DNA from: a virus
IMG/VR virus record: IMGVR_UViG_3300027881_000007
Location: 32,001 to 96,000 of that record
DNA length: 64,000 bases
Strand: one strand, 5' to 3'
Below are positions 30,230 to 41,504 of the stretch, piece by piece (within the stretch, counting starts at the first letter, position 1; each line of letters begins with the position of its first letter). The notes below the pieces were generated by a model. That model did no database searches and was not told the origin of the DNA. It saw nothing but the letters and a program-made list of their open reading frames with translations. A program made the translations under genes and the position numbers.

Positions 30230-30643
30230 CTATATTATCCCATTCGTTCTGTCGAGTGTAATCTTCACGTCTTGTATGGATTGTCCAAAAATCTGTTTCT
30301 GTAAAAGGAAATTACTCGTAGCAATCTCAAGTCGTTCCATAGACTTATTTGCACAACGATCTTCTCTCAAATATTCTTGAATACCAAGAGCTTCAATAAT
30401 GTCATCCTGGCTGACTTCATAGTTATACATTAATAAGCTCCCTATTCTCCTTTCTGCTCCTTCTGTTTCTTGTATTTTCAGAGCATCTAGAAGTTGCTCT
30501 CTCGTACACTTTCCTCTAATTACAAGGATTTCACCCAAGAGAGCTTTTCCCTTGTTTTCAACTATTTCTGCCTCTGTGTATATACCTAGTTTCTCAAGTA
30601 TCTTTCTTAACATGGTCGTCCACCTCACTTTTATATTTCTCAA
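30230..30643 (-). CDS. MshEN (T2SSE_N)-like c-di-GMP-binding protein
   Basis: Two motifs: LLGEILVIRGKCTREQLLDALKIQ and RIGSLLMYNYEVSQDDIIEALGIQ. Confidence 0.7.
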   Translation of the reverse strand: MRNIKVRWTTMLRKILEKLGIYTEAEIVENKGKALLGEILVIRGKCTREQLLDALKIQETEGAERRIGSLLMYNYEVSQDDIIEALGIQEYLREDRCANKSMERLEIATSNFLLQKQIFGQSIQDVKITLDRTNGII

Positions 30644-31001
30644 ATTCAGTCTCTAGGCGAACAAAGTCCAATTTTATTTTGTCTATCTCCTTTATTTTCT
30701 CCGCTTGTGGTTCCATCTTAGTTTGAACTACAGCCATTTCTTTTGAGAACTCACTCAAACTAGTAGAGCATCCTTCCATAGTACTGGATAGTTTGTCAAG
30801 TTTTCTACAGAGTCGTGCATCACAAGTATTTCTATATTGACTACAAAGTTCTTCCCATTTTTCTCTTGTTAAGACTTCTCTTGCATAATCAAATTTAAAC
30901 TTAAAATAATCCTTGACTAACCATATTAATAGTCCAATACTCGCTGTAGCAATCACTCCAAAAATTATTTTCAGAAAGTCTGTGAAGGTGAATTTATCCA
31001 T
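30594..31001 (-). CDS. TM plus coiled-coil protein
   Basis: N-terminal TM helix followed by heptad pattern. Confidence 0.55.
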   Translation of the reverse strand: MDKFTFTDFLKIIFGVIATASIGLLIWLVKDYFKFKFDYAREVLTREKWEELCSQYRNTCDARLCRKLDKLSSTMEGCSTSLSEFSKEMAVVQTKMEPQAEKIKEIDKIKLDFVRLETEFEKYKSEVDDHVKKDT

Positions 31002-31785
31002 CTATCGTGTCTCTTGGAGAGAGCATTTTCTCTACAACCTCATAGACATCTTCAGGATCGGGTTCAGATGCCATATCCTCTTTGAGGCACATTGTTTTTG
31101 CTCTCTCAAGTAGAGCCTCCTGTGCGCGAGAATTTTTCATCCCTTTTGATTCCATTAAATCAACTACATCTTGATTAGTAATTTGATCCGGCCGAATGTG
31201 CGTCTCAACCACTTTCTTTTTCTTTAAAGTTTTTACTTTTTTAACAACCCTTTTCTTTGGTGGTAGAAATCCCTCAGTCAGAAAATGGTCAACAGCATTG
31301 TGCATACTTCTAAGTCTTTCCTCGGCCATACTTCTCGCTTCACCTTCTTCTTCTTCGTCGTCGATTATGATTTTTCTGTCGTCACCCTTCTTGTGAATGA
31401 TAGTTTCATCATCTACTAATGTAACACTTACTTCTTTCTTCTCAGTTTTAGTTTCCTTTTCATCTTCAGTGATAACCCTTGCTTCTATTTTTACTGGACT
31501 CACTACCCTAAATTCACTTCTCCAAGGATCCATGTAGAATCCATTTCCAATGATCTCCAATTTAGCCATTAACAACTCATCATCTTTCAGAGATCGTCTA
31601 ACAACGCTGTTCAATGCTGGCAAATCAACAGAGATAGACTCACTACGCACTTCGGCCGGAAACCCATATTCAACATTGTCTACTACAACTCGTAGTGTCC
31701 CAACCAATTCTTTGTAATCAATGCCGCCAATTTGAACTTCAAATTGGAGTGTTCTCCGTTCATTGACTTTTAACTTTAGTGCCAT
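30994..31785 (-). CDS. Hypothetical protein, probably virion-associated
   Basis: 263 aa; beta-rich N-terminal domain, charged C-terminus. Confidence 0.6.
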   Translation of the reverse strand: MALKLKVNERRTLQFEVQIGGIDYKELVGTLRVVVDNVEYGFPAEVRSESISVDLPALNSVVRRSLKDDELLMAKLEIIGNGFYMDPWRSEFRVVSPVKIEARVITEDEKETKTEKKEVSVTLVDDETIIHKKGDDRKIIIDDEEEEGEARSMAEERLRSMHNAVDHFLTEGFLPPKKRVVKKVKTLKKKKVVETHIRPDQITNQDVVDLMESKGMKNSRAQEALLERAKTMCLKEDMASEPDPEDVYEVVEKMLSPRDTIDG

Positions 31786-32050
31786 AGCAATATCCTCTCT
31801 AATTAATCCTCATCGTTATTATTATTGTTATCAAACTTAACTTTGGTCACCTCAATCATTGTAAGATCTTCGACTTCTCTAGTTTTCTCTAATTCAACTC
31901 TCTTAACCATGACCAAAGGTCTTTTGATTTCTTCTTCTTCGATACGCAAAACTGCCGTGCCGCCTACATCAGGTATAAGACCTGGACAGGGACAGCATAT
32001 TATCCCTTTCGTAGCAACACTAGTGGCATTCATATATTTGTTCCCTCAAC

Positions 32051-33136
32051 TTATGGGTCACATAGATACAGATGATCAATATGAAACAGGTGACCCGCTG
32101 ATCCATTCGATATATGAGCTATCTGTATAATCACCTGTCCTACACCACTTACATAATCAGCATTTTGAATAGTAAATTTATAACTACTCTTCGCTCCTGC
32201 ACTTGGGAAGTCGTCAACAGCGCCAGTTAAGTCATCAAAGACAGAAGTATTGAAATTCCATGCCCTGATCTTCTTATCATGTGCCGGGTTTCCTTGATAG
32301 TAAGCGGCAAGACAGACGTCAATATTATTTGTTGGTACATCATTAAAATCAAATCTAAAGTCAAATGCTGGGGCCGGCACAGCAGCTTCATTCAATACAA
32401 AATATGTATCATCTTCAGCATAAGTATTGACAAGTGCTCCTGAGTTGATAGATCCAACATTTATAAGAACCGACTTTGCAAGTCTCCAGTCTGGACTAGT
32501 TGTGGTCGCTGTTGTCGTTGTACTGGTTGTTGTCGTTGTGCTAGTAGTGCTTGTTGTAGTTGTAGTTATTGGAGCGGTAGTTGTAGTAGTCGTTGTAGTT
32601 GTAGTCACTACCGGAGTTCCACAAGTCACAACTTTATATGACGTCATTCTGCCTTCGTCATCGTAAGTCGCTTCAATACAATATGTCTCAATAACTCCTA
32701 CGTCTGTTCCCACATTAGCTGCATTATTATAAATTCTAATTCGACCTGTTAGCATACATCCAAATTCATTGAACGTCGTCTGATCAATATAAAAGTTTTC
32801 TTGAACGAGACCCAGGATCCTTCGAAGTATCTCTGTAAAAGAATCAAACGTATTTACGAACACCTGAATAGTATCCGCTTTACCCCAAGGGAAATAGGTA
32901 TCGTGATAAGCAATAAGGTACCAATCACCAATTGCATTTGGGGTAAAACTTGATCTATAACTTCCAGAACCTAATTCTATAAAAGTTACGGGAACTGTTG
33001 CACTTACTTCAGTTCCATTATCATCCCATATATTATATGTAAACGCAGTGGAGTCAATGTTGGGGATTCGATTACCTGCTGTATCAGTAACCGTGAAATC
33101 TTCATGAATAATATCTCCCACTCGACCAATCTGCAT
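32051..33136 (-). CDS. Virion protein with poly-Thr linker between two beta domains
   Basis: Long Thr-rich tract (VVTTTTTTTTTTAPITTTTTS...). Confidence 0.7.
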   Translation of the reverse strand: MQIGRVGDIIHEDFTVTDTAGNRIPNIDSTAFTYNIWDDNGTEVSATVPVTFIELGSGSYRSSFTPNAIGDWYLIAYHDTYFPWGKADTIQVFVNTFDSFTEILRRILGLVQENFYIDQTTFNEFGCMLTGRIRIYNNAANVGTDVGVIETYCIEATYDDEGRMTSYKVVTCGTPVVTTTTTTTTTTAPITTTTTSTTSTTTTTSTTTTATTTSPDWRLAKSVLINVGSINSGALVNTYAEDDTYFVLNEAAVPAPAFDFRFDFNDVPTNNIDVCLAAYYQGNPAHDKKIRAWNFNTSVFDDLTGAVDDFPSAGAKSSYKFTIQNADYVSGVGQVIIQIAHISNGSAGHLFHIDHLYLCDP

Positions 33137-33158
33137 TTATAATTCCCCTTAATTCACA

Positions 33159-35033
33159 CTATGCATACAGTCTCTTCTCAAACAGCATTGCTTGAGCATA
33201 GCGTAATGCTGCAGAGGTTGATCCTCTCAGTCTAGCTCCAATTGTATAAGTGTTTTTTCCATCTCTTAATGCTACATTAGTATCAAATTCTCCAACCACC
33301 CAGTTATCACCAGTATTTGGAATGTTAAGAAGTGGAGTGACAAGTGATACAATACTAGATCCGTCACTATTCAAATCTTCTCCAATTGTTACCTGAACTT
33401 CAGTTCCAACAGTCTTTATTGCTCCCAGTACTCGTATAAAAGCATTTGGTAATCTATTCGATGGAATAAATTGTGTTGGGTCTACAACAACTCCACCTAA
33501 CTCCTGCCATGGTGTTGTTGTTGTGATTTGAACGATTGAGTCAACTAGTTTTGTCTGAGAGTGAAGAATGAAGACCTCCCTCTCTGTACCCAAGTGTGCA
33601 GCAATTACTCCATCGAGTGCATTGTTCTCAGGACCTGTCAAATCTCTGTCAATCCATATATCAACTGTGTCCAAAGCGATATCTTTATTGAGATATAGTA
33701 AGGTTGCAGTTCCTCCCAAAGCAAGAATTTCATAACGCAAATTCGGGAGGTTTACCTTCTGATTTGGAAAGTCATTTATTATTGAATAAGCATACTTTGT
33801 TGCCATTAGTCTATTCTCCTTAGTTCTAAGAATGCTTTGTATATATGCCAGGTCTCTTCTCCAACCACATCCTTGCCACAATCTATATCAATAGCGTGTG
33901 TACCCCTATCCAAGTGTATATTTACAAATCCAGATCTTGGAATTCTTTCACCTGGCATTGCTTGAGATGCTTCCTCAATATACTCCATCTCAGTATCAGT
34001 GCCATCCACTTGGATTCGCATTTTCAGGTTAACACCCACTGACTGTACTCCATAGAGAATAAACCAACTACATCTATAATTCCCATGATCTAGATGTGGG
34101 GTATTCAGAGTAACTACTTCTGTATATGCATCATTATCTGATGCAAATTCGCTAGTTCTTTCTTCTCGTATAATATCACCAATTGCGATACCAGGAGGAA
34201 ACGGGACACCATCATGTGCTGCAACTATTGCATCCAATGCTGTCTCTTCTCCGGGAGGAAGAACATCTGTAAAATCAATATAACAACTATTATTGTGCTT
34301 GGTTACACCAAGAAGAACTACAGCAACTGCCGTAGAGTCCTCTATCTCTAATGCTAACTTATTGCTCGCAACCACCTGATTAGGAAAATCATTTAGGATC
34401 GAGTATGTATATCTTTCTGCCATACTAACCTCCGAAAAGCAACCTTGCCTTAGAAATGTAGGCTGTAGGACTACCTCCTGTATCGTTTACTCTATACTGA
34501 AGTATTATTGTTTTTGGACCATCTAGATCACACCGGCAAAACCCAGTGTAAATTGGTTTTACATCGGACCCTGGTTGCTGATGAATTATATTCTCTATTA
34601 CCATATTTGCAGTTGTATCATACAGCCTGGCTTCTATTTCTCTATTGGCTGGGGCACTACCAAATTTGAATGTCCAGTCGAGTCGGTATGTTCCTGGAGT
34701 CGGATCACCTGTTATATCTAATGTAAGTTTATCTATCCAATCATTCGAAGTAGTCTCTGATTCAGATAATGATTCCACATAAATCGGATCGAGTATATCA
34801 TATGGTAGCCCAGTATGACCTGCAACTATTCCATCAAGTGTAGTCTCTTCTGGTCCAGATAAGATAGACTCAAATTCAATATTACAAGTAGCATCATGGA
34901 CAGTCGAACTAACATAAGGAGTAGTAATCGAAGAGGCAGCAATCTCTACTTCCATTTTCTCAATATCGACTGCCTGATTTGGGAAGTCATTTATAACAGA
35001 ATATGAATATATAGTCACTATGATACCCTCCAA
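33159..35033 (-). CDS. Three paralogous fibre/receptor-binding-like proteins (33159-33881, 33806-34423, 34425-35033)
   Basis: Shared N-terminus YxYSI/VxNDFPNQxV...LDxxxAxHxG. Confidence 0.7.
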
Positions 35034-36628
35034 ATCTCTATTCTTGCTCTCCGAATATATGCAGTTCCAGTATCTATTTGTCTCCAGTTTATCTCTATAT
35101 CAACAGTTCCTGATACATGAGTATAGTAGTAAAACCCGCTAAAATCATAATAGTTAGAACCGTCTTGTGGTTCTAGTACTTCAAGGGCAACTGTAGTACC
35201 TCCTACTAGAACTCTAGCTTCAACACTTCCACTAGTCGATGAATTTCTAATTTCTGCATACCAACCAACTCTGTATTTACCGGCTGGTCCAATGTCAAGA
35301 TTTTCTATTTCAATTTTCTCTTGCCAAGAACTTGACGTTGTTGAAGATTCCCCATCAGAAGATTCCTCATAAAATTCGCTTCCAAATGTACCATCTCCAT
35401 CACCACCGCCAGGTATTGTAATAGTAGCCTCTGATGTACTATCAGTAGCAGTAACACCATCACCAACAAAATTTATTATTGAATGTGGTGTATTAGGTAA
35501 GTTCACTCCCTCATCTTGAATGATTATATTAGAACCCGAACCAGTAGGTCCTGGTTCACCGTCAACGCCAGCAGCACCAGCCACACCATCTAACTTTACA
35601 ACCTTAAAGGTGCCACCAGCAAAAATTGCAGCTGCATCATTTTGATATCTTAACTGTACAGTTATAAAATCTCCACTTGAAAGTGAAGATATAAAACTAT
35701 GACTCAAATGGTTATTTATATCATCTCTACTATCTATTGAACTATCCGCAAAAACACTTGTTTCTGATGGTGAACCATTTAGAACACTGGTATCATTTAC
35801 ACGAACTTGTGCCTCAACGTCCGAAACAGATGGAGTGGAACCAGCATCAATATCAAAGTCATAAAGAATTAGATATAGTCCATCTACCTTAACATCTATT
35901 CTATCTGTATTTGTGTCATTATGCTCTAGGTTGGTGGGAACTGATTCTTCATCAGTTGTGTCAAATGTAACATCGGCAAATGTTGTTCCTAGAGATAATG
36001 TTGTTGTTCTTCTTGCTTGGACTGCTGCAAGTTCTGTAGATACAGCAGCTGTACCATCTCCTCCAGTTTGATCTTCATATTCTAAATTTCCAGATGCAGA
36101 TCTATATACAAGAACTCGACCATCAACAATTGCAGCATCATCAACTACAACTCCTTTAATCTTTTGCGCATCATGGTCTAAGTCTGTAATATCTACCTCA
36201 AGATGAGTATGACCTGTGTCTGATTTTCCAGTTAAAGCTGTATCTACTTCTCCCTGAGTATATTTGTCAAGGTCAGTTACATCAGCTTCAAGATGAGTAT
36301 GAACTTCCTCAGCAGCTCCAACTTGAAGAGCAGTAATCATGTGTGGGTTAGAAGTAGTGTCCGCAACATGGGCATCTACAGGATCTTCAGGTTCAGGGCA
36401 TACACTTCCATCATGAGCAGCAACAACACCATTCAAGGCTGTCACTTCACCACCCGACAGTGTAGAATCAAACTCTATATCAACATCATCTGGACTTGCA
36501 AATGGGGCAACAATTATATGCGTCAAGTCAGTAGTAATCGCACTCTCTGCCAGAATTTCATCTGTCAGTGTTGAAAGGCATACCTGACCACCAAAATCAG
36601 TAGACAGCGAATATGTGTATGTTGCCAT
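35018..36628 (-). CDS. Tail fibre-like protein
   Basis: Related N-terminal module, HTHLExDxTDLD repeats, collagen-like GxY patch, C-terminal RRARIEIWRVS. Confidence 0.7.
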   Translation of the reverse strand: MATYTYSLSTDFGGQVCLSTLTDEILAESAITTDLTHIIVAPFASPDDVDIEFDSTLSGGEVTALNGVVAAHDGSVCPEPEDPVDAHVADTTSNPHMITALQVGAAEEVHTHLEADVTDLDKYTQGEVDTALTGKSDTGHTHLEVDITDLDHDAQKIKGVVVDDAAIVDGRVLVYRSASGNLEYEDQTGGDGTAAVSTELAAVQARRTTTLSLGTTFADVTFDTTDEESVPTNLEHNDTNTDRIDVKVDGLYLILYDFDIDAGSTPSVSDVEAQVRVNDTSVLNGSPSETSVFADSSIDSRDDINNHLSHSFISSLSSGDFITVQLRYQNDAAAIFAGGTFKVVKLDGVAGAAGVDGEPGPTGSGSNIIIQDEGVNLPNTPHSIINFVGDGVTATDSTSEATITIPGGGDGDGTFGSEFYEESSDGESSTTSSSWQEKIEIENLDIGPAGKYRVGWYAEIRNSSTSGSVEARVLVGGTTVALEVLEPQDGSNYYDFSGFYYYTHVSGTVDIEINWRQIDTGTAYIRRARIEIWRVS

Positions 36629-37743
36629 TAACTAACCCTCCAAAGAGCCAATCTTGCCCTGCGTATATCTACATCGTCAGGACTAGATACTGTACGATAG
36701 TCTATATCTATAGTGTTTACACCGGAAAGAGATCTTAATGCAAACCCAGAAACACTTATATACCCATTTAAGCTGCTATCATACCTGTTAAATCCCAACT
36801 CTGTTGTATCATTAAGTTCCACTCTACTTTCAGCATGATCACCGTTACCATCAATTTCATAATTCCACTGTATTATATATGTACCTGATGGAAGACTACT
36901 AGTTGTCAATCTTAATTTCAGTTGATATGTCTCACTAGTAGTTGAACTTTCCCCCTCAGAAGTAGCTTGCTGGTACTCAGGATTAAACTCGCCACCTCCA
37001 CCTTCAATAAACTCATACTGTAGATCGCCCGTTGTAGAATCATATACTAAAACTTTGCCATCAGCAATTGCAGAATCATCAACTGGAACTCCTTGAATCT
37101 TTACGGCATCGTGGTCAAGGTCAGTTATGTCCGCTTCAACATGAGTATGAACTACAGGGGCCCCACCAACATCCGAAAGAGTAACCATATGCGGATTAGA
37201 TGTCGCATCTGCAATATGGGCATCTATATCATCGTGAGTGTTTGTACCTATATCTTGAATGTTCTCATGACTTATGTTTGATTCAGTAAAGTGAATCGTA
37301 CCATCGTCAATGTGGGTATCAATTTCATCGTGTGTATATGTGCCTATATATTGAATATTTCTGTGGTCAATGTCAGTCTCAAAGAAGTGTATTGCTGTGC
37401 TATCTATATGATCTATTATCTCGCTTAAATCAAGGTCAACAAATTCAAGACCATCTGCAGTTCCCTTTACAGCAACAACCTTCCCACCATCTCCAGCATA
37501 TGTATTAGGAGTATCTGCAAGGCCTAAGAAAGTGTCAGCTCCAACCCCACCGCCAATGAATTTCCAGGTAACAGGAGATTCATCTATTAACATCCATATA
37601 GTGTCGTCGTCGGTTTGTCTAGCAAACTTCCCAACATCGGCAGCTTCCAAACCAGTAGCACTTTCTCTTGCAGTTTGATTTGCATAAGTCCATGCATATG
37701 GTATGTGTACATCTGGTGGAGTTGCATCTTTATGCCAGGTCAT
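36628..37743 (-). CDS. Tail fibre-like protein
   Basis: His-rich THDxIDxHI repeats; C-terminus paralogous to 35018..36628. Confidence 0.7.
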   Translation of the reverse strand: MTWHKDATPPDVHIPYAWTYANQTARESATGLEAADVGKFARQTDDDTIWMLIDESPVTWKFIGGGVGADTFLGLADTPNTYAGDGGKVVAVKGTADGLEFVDLDLSEIIDHIDSTAIHFFETDIDHRNIQYIGTYTHDEIDTHIDDGTIHFTESNISHENIQDIGTNTHDDIDAHIADATSNPHMVTLSDVGGAPVVHTHVEADITDLDHDAVKIQGVPVDDSAIADGKVLVYDSTTGDLQYEFIEGGGGEFNPEYQQATSEGESSTTSETYQLKLRLTTSSLPSGTYIIQWNYEIDGNGDHAESRVELNDTTELGFNRYDSSLNGYISVSGFALRSLSGVNTIDIDYRTVSSPDDVDIRRARLALWRVS

Positions 37744-38117
37744 TACAAAATACTCCTCATTACGTGGCCGTTGATATTTATAAATACACTAAAATCAACA
37801 CAAGAAGTAAAGATAGTATTCTCGTGCCAAGCTGTTCCCTCAACATCATCCCTTACCGTTCTAAAACGTACATGAAAAGTTGCGTCCTCTACACTTAGGT
37901 TGCTAATACTATCATTTATTATAATTGTCTCTAAGGTGATTTCAGTCCTTAAATTACCAGAAGCGGAAATCTCCCACAATTCAAAATAATCTGTTAGAGC
38001 GATCTGGTCATTAGCAGGAATGCCAATGCCCAGATCCTCTATAAATATCTCACTAGTTGTATCATTTATAGCAATGATAATCGCTGGTCTTTCATCTAGT
38101 GCCATTAGGCTCTCCAA
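37743..38117 (-). CDS. Virion protein, paralog of the N-terminus of 38105..39382
   Basis: NDTTSEIFIEDLGIGIPA vs NDSTADVFIEDLGINVPA. Confidence 0.6.
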   Translation of the reverse strand: MESLMALDERPAIIIAINDTTSEIFIEDLGIGIPANDQIALTDYFELWEISASGNLRTEITLETIIINDSISNLSVEDATFHVRFRTVRDDVEGTAWHENTIFTSCVDFSVFININGHVMRSIL

Positions 38118-39382
38118 GCAATTTCGATAATCAGAACTGGATCAGGGACACCAGATCCAGCATCAAGATAAGACTGTAGATAGTCACCAGCAGATAAATC
38201 TACGTTTGTTGTAAGGTCGTCGCCTCCTTGAGCAGCTGCGATTGCTAGGGTAGCAATATCGGTTGCTGTATCATTCTTCCTTATTCTCATATTGCAGGTT
38301 CCGACTGCATCAAGTTGTCCAGACATCATCACTATGGTCGCATCTCGTGGAATACGGAAACCAGCGTTGTTTGATGATAAATTCCCAACACCAAAGTTAA
38401 GGTACTGATTCTTTGTATTACCACCTCGACCAAATGTGAGGATCATTCTTTGAACGCTTAGCCACTTGGAGCGATCATCGTCATACTCATAGAGTAGACC
38501 ATTGATCACAGCCATTTGGCCATCAGCGAGACCAGTAGTTGGAGCAGAAGCTAGATCAGTCAATTCTAGAGGAGCATAACCACCTAAAGCAGTTAGTTGG
38601 ACTGCACCAGCATCAACAAAGATTTGCCTACCAGCACCAGCTCCACCTTGATCATATGCTCCGTCAAGAGTGTTTCCGCCAAAGATATCTGCATCAGCTA
38701 TCCTTACCCAGGCAAGCAGAAACTCCTCCTCGTAAACATACATTGCTGGCAATTCTTGACCATCATTATTAACAATGACAGCTGCATTGTCAACTGGTTG
38801 ACCAAGGTCTGTCCAAACACCAGTAGTGAGTTCAAAGATATTCTCCGAAGTTGAATCAAGGTTAATTACTCGATCGCCTTCAACAAGAAGCTTCATATCA
38901 ACCCACGCAGTTCCATCCCACTTATACAAATGATTATCGTCTGTATCTACATAGAAATCATATTGAGATGGATTGGCTGGTGGGGCTGCCTGAATCTTAA
39001 GAACTCGTGCTTCGACTGGTTCCTGCCAATGAAAGTCCCCAAAAGGTGGAGCATTGACAATGTTCTCCCAATCAACTATTGAATCACCAGGTGTCTGTAA
39101 CTCAACCTTAGAGTAATAATTATCCTCTAGATAATAAATATGAACAATTTCTAAGTATGTTGTCCCGTCTGCAGCAGATAAATCGCCGTCATATCCATTA
39201 AGGACTAACTCTCCTGCACCAACAGCAGCCCTTAGATCATCTGACTCTGAGATCTGAGGATATGTAAACTGATCAGCAAAATCAATTGTATCCCCTGCTG
39301 GTACATTTATACCGAGATCCTCAATAAAGACATCAGCAGTCGAGTCATTCCTAACTTGTAATTGCCACATTTCTCCTGCCAT
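38105..39382 (-). CDS. Tail/fibre structural protein
   Basis: 425 aa; TLDGAYDQGGAGAGRQI; C-terminal domain paralogous to 39398..39850. Confidence 0.65.
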   Translation of the reverse strand: MAGEMWQLQVRNDSTADVFIEDLGINVPAGDTIDFADQFTYPQISESDDLRAAVGAGELVLNGYDGDLSAADGTTYLEIVHIYYLEDNYYSKVELQTPGDSIVDWENIVNAPPFGDFHWQEPVEARVLKIQAAPPANPSQYDFYVDTDDNHLYKWDGTAWVDMKLLVEGDRVINLDSTSENIFELTTGVWTDLGQPVDNAAVIVNNDGQELPAMYVYEEEFLLAWVRIADADIFGGNTLDGAYDQGGAGAGRQIFVDAGAVQLTALGGYAPLELTDLASAPTTGLADGQMAVINGLLYEYDDDRSKWLSVQRMILTFGRGGNTKNQYLNFGVGNLSSNNAGFRIPRDATIVMMSGQLDAVGTCNMRIRKNDTATDIATLAIAAAQGGDDLTTNVDLSAGDYLQSYLDAGSGVPDPVLIIEIAWRA

Positions 39383-39397
39383 TTATCTACCTCCCAA

Positions 39398-39850
39398 TTA
39401 TTCTCTCCACGCTAATTCTAATAGTAAAGTGGGAAAATCAACATCCCCTGTTATCGCCTCTAAGTAACATTGTAAGAAATCATTTTCAGTCAAATCAATA
39501 TCAAGGTCATCATTTGACTTTCCAACTTCTGCGGCCAGACTTATACTTGTGATATTCACCGGTGAATTGTTCTTTCGAATTCTAAATGTACAAGTAGCTA
39601 GATTTTGTGTCTGGACTGTCACGGCGGTGATTGTTGCATTTCGGGGGATTCGATATCCTACAACATTTGAATATGTACTAGAGATAAGGGCCATCCATCT
39701 ATCATTTCTTATGTTGCGATGATCTATCCCATACGTCACATTTTCTCTGGCAGCACTTATCCATTTCGACCTATAGGTGTCATAGAATAATAGTAAACCA
39801 TTGTCCTGCCTAAATTGGGACCCGGGTCCAACAAATGTATCTCTTAGCAT
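39398..39850 (-). CDS. Structural protein
   Basis: RSKWIS...GYRIPRNATI...DFLQCYL...LAWRE. Confidence 0.6.
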   Translation of the reverse strand: MLRDTFVGPGSQFRQDNGLLLFYDTYRSKWISAARENVTYGIDHRNIRNDRWMALISSTYSNVVGYRIPRNATITAVTVQTQNLATCTFRIRKNNSPVNITSISLAAEVGKSNDDLDIDLTENDFLQCYLEAITGDVDFPTLLLELAWRE

Positions 39851-40195
39851 TTCGATCCTTCTGTCTAGTCTTCATAAAGGATACTAGACCCAGCGCTTTT
39901 AGTTTCGTCATACAACAAACTTAACTTATTTCCAGGGATTTCATCAACAGATTCTCTTACATAACTATGTAAGTTACCCTCAAGAGTTTTTAGTTTCTCG
40001 AAGAAGTGGTAGATGTTTTGAACCAAATACATTTCAGTTTGCTCTGGATCATTCTTGTTTTCCAACACCTCCACAAGATCTGCAAGACCCTCAAACATTC
40101 CCTTGGAATCTTCAGAAGTTAGTTGTTGAAGAAACTTGTGTGCCATCTTCCCTGTCTTTTCCATTAAAGTCTCCCAGAAATAAGTTATATTTATA

Positions 40196-40707
40196 TCAAC
40201 TAGACCCTTGCCTCTCTGATTGGATTCTCTCTAAATCCTGAATTGCTTGATCAATATATTCTTGTGCATCATCTTCATCGTCTTCGTCTTCAGAGATATT
40301 AAGGATCTGAATTGCTTTCATAATATCCACAGGTCTAATGTCATTTGCCATAACAGTAGACGCTGCTTGCTGTAACAAAGTAACTGGTGATGTCTCAACA
40401 TTAAAATTTTTTAAAATAGTAATAGCATCGTCAAGATCGGGAATTGGCATTAGTAGAGTCCTCCCTTTCGCCTGTCCAAAGTTCTCACTATATCTTCGAT
40501 TTGTTGATCAAGGTATTCTTGGGCATATGCTTCACCGCCTTCTGCAGGCGGGTCGACCAGATTTCTAATTGCATTAATCACATATAAAGGTTTAATATCA
40601 TTCGCATATATAATTGCTGCAGCAAACTCTAAGACTTTAGGATCACTCTCGCCAATTATAAAATCCTTCACTATCTTAACTGCAATCCTTATATCTGGTA
40701 TAGGCAT
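40196..40707 (-). CDS. Two tandem paralogous small proteins (40196-40450, 40450-40707)
   Basis: Both MPIPD...ANDIxP...AQEYxDQ. Confidence 0.7.
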
Positions 40708-40709
40708 AA

Positions 40710-41147
40710 TTAATCCTTAGTTGCTATAATACCTACATTAGCAAATGGACGCCAAGAGCTAGCAGTTGCTCCACCATCACTAGTTTCTATTACACCTGCT
40801 CCTGCCCAACTTCCCGGACCTGTTATGGTTGACCAAGAAACGTCAACTGCAGCGTTTATAATTATTGTATTGACTTCAGATTTATGGGTAACAAGAGTAC
40901 CAGTCTTATCACTTGCCCAGATAGTAACATCATGGTCATGATCTGGTTGTGTCCAGGTCCCCTGCTGTTCTCCACCTCCAGATGAGCCACCATAAGATGA
41001 GGAGCCATGAACCGCTAGAACAGCATCACCAAGGGTCATATCAATTGTCCACCCAGTTGGAGCAGCTGGTTGATAAAACCATTGCTTTACACCAGGATCA
41101 AACTGGATTACACTATCTGGTAAATTTGAACTACTGAGATCAGACAT
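40710..41147 (-). CDS. Tail-fibre tip-like module, duplicate of the C-terminus of 41505..42323
   Basis: FYQxAAPxGWTIDMTLGDAVLAVHGSSSY...WRPFANVGIIAT. Confidence 0.7.
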   Translation of the reverse strand: MSDLSSSNLPDSVIQFDPGVKQWFYQPAAPTGWTIDMTLGDAVLAVHGSSSYGGSSGGGEQQGTWTQPDHDHDVTIWASDKTGTLVTHKSEVNTIIINAAVDVSWSTITGPGSWAGAGVIETSDGGATASSWRPFANVGIIATKD

Positions 41148-41491
41148 TAAGTGTCTCCCTTTACTAGACTTAGTAACTTTTTACCAAAGGTTTTTTTCTC
41201 TGGTTGTAGTGTACTTATAGAGTCTTTCGTTGCTTGAGCAACTCTTCTAAATCCAGTATCTACTGCTGTAGCAACCTGTTTGCCAGTTTTAACTTCTTCA
41301 TTTCTTTGACTCTCAACTGCCGCTTGAATACCTATATGACTCTTCTCCATCCGAAAGAGAGAATCGAGCATTGCTTGAAATCTACAAAGATCAATAGTTT
41401 CTGTCTTTGTAGTTTGACTATCATGCATAGTGAGAGTTATATACTGACCACACTTCTTCCCATCCTTTTCACATTCTCCATCACAAAACAT
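41147..41491 (-). CDS. Hypothetical protein (tail-associated)
   Basis: Cys-rich N-terminus; AAVESQRNE. Confidence 0.55.
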   Translation of the reverse strand: MFCDGECEKDGKKCGQYITLTMHDSQTTKTETIDLCRFQAMLDSLFRMEKSHIGIQAAVESQRNEEVKTGKQVATAVDTGFRRVAQATKDSISTLQPEKKTFGKKLLSLVKGDT

Positions 41492-41504
41492 TTCGACTCC
41501 TTAC

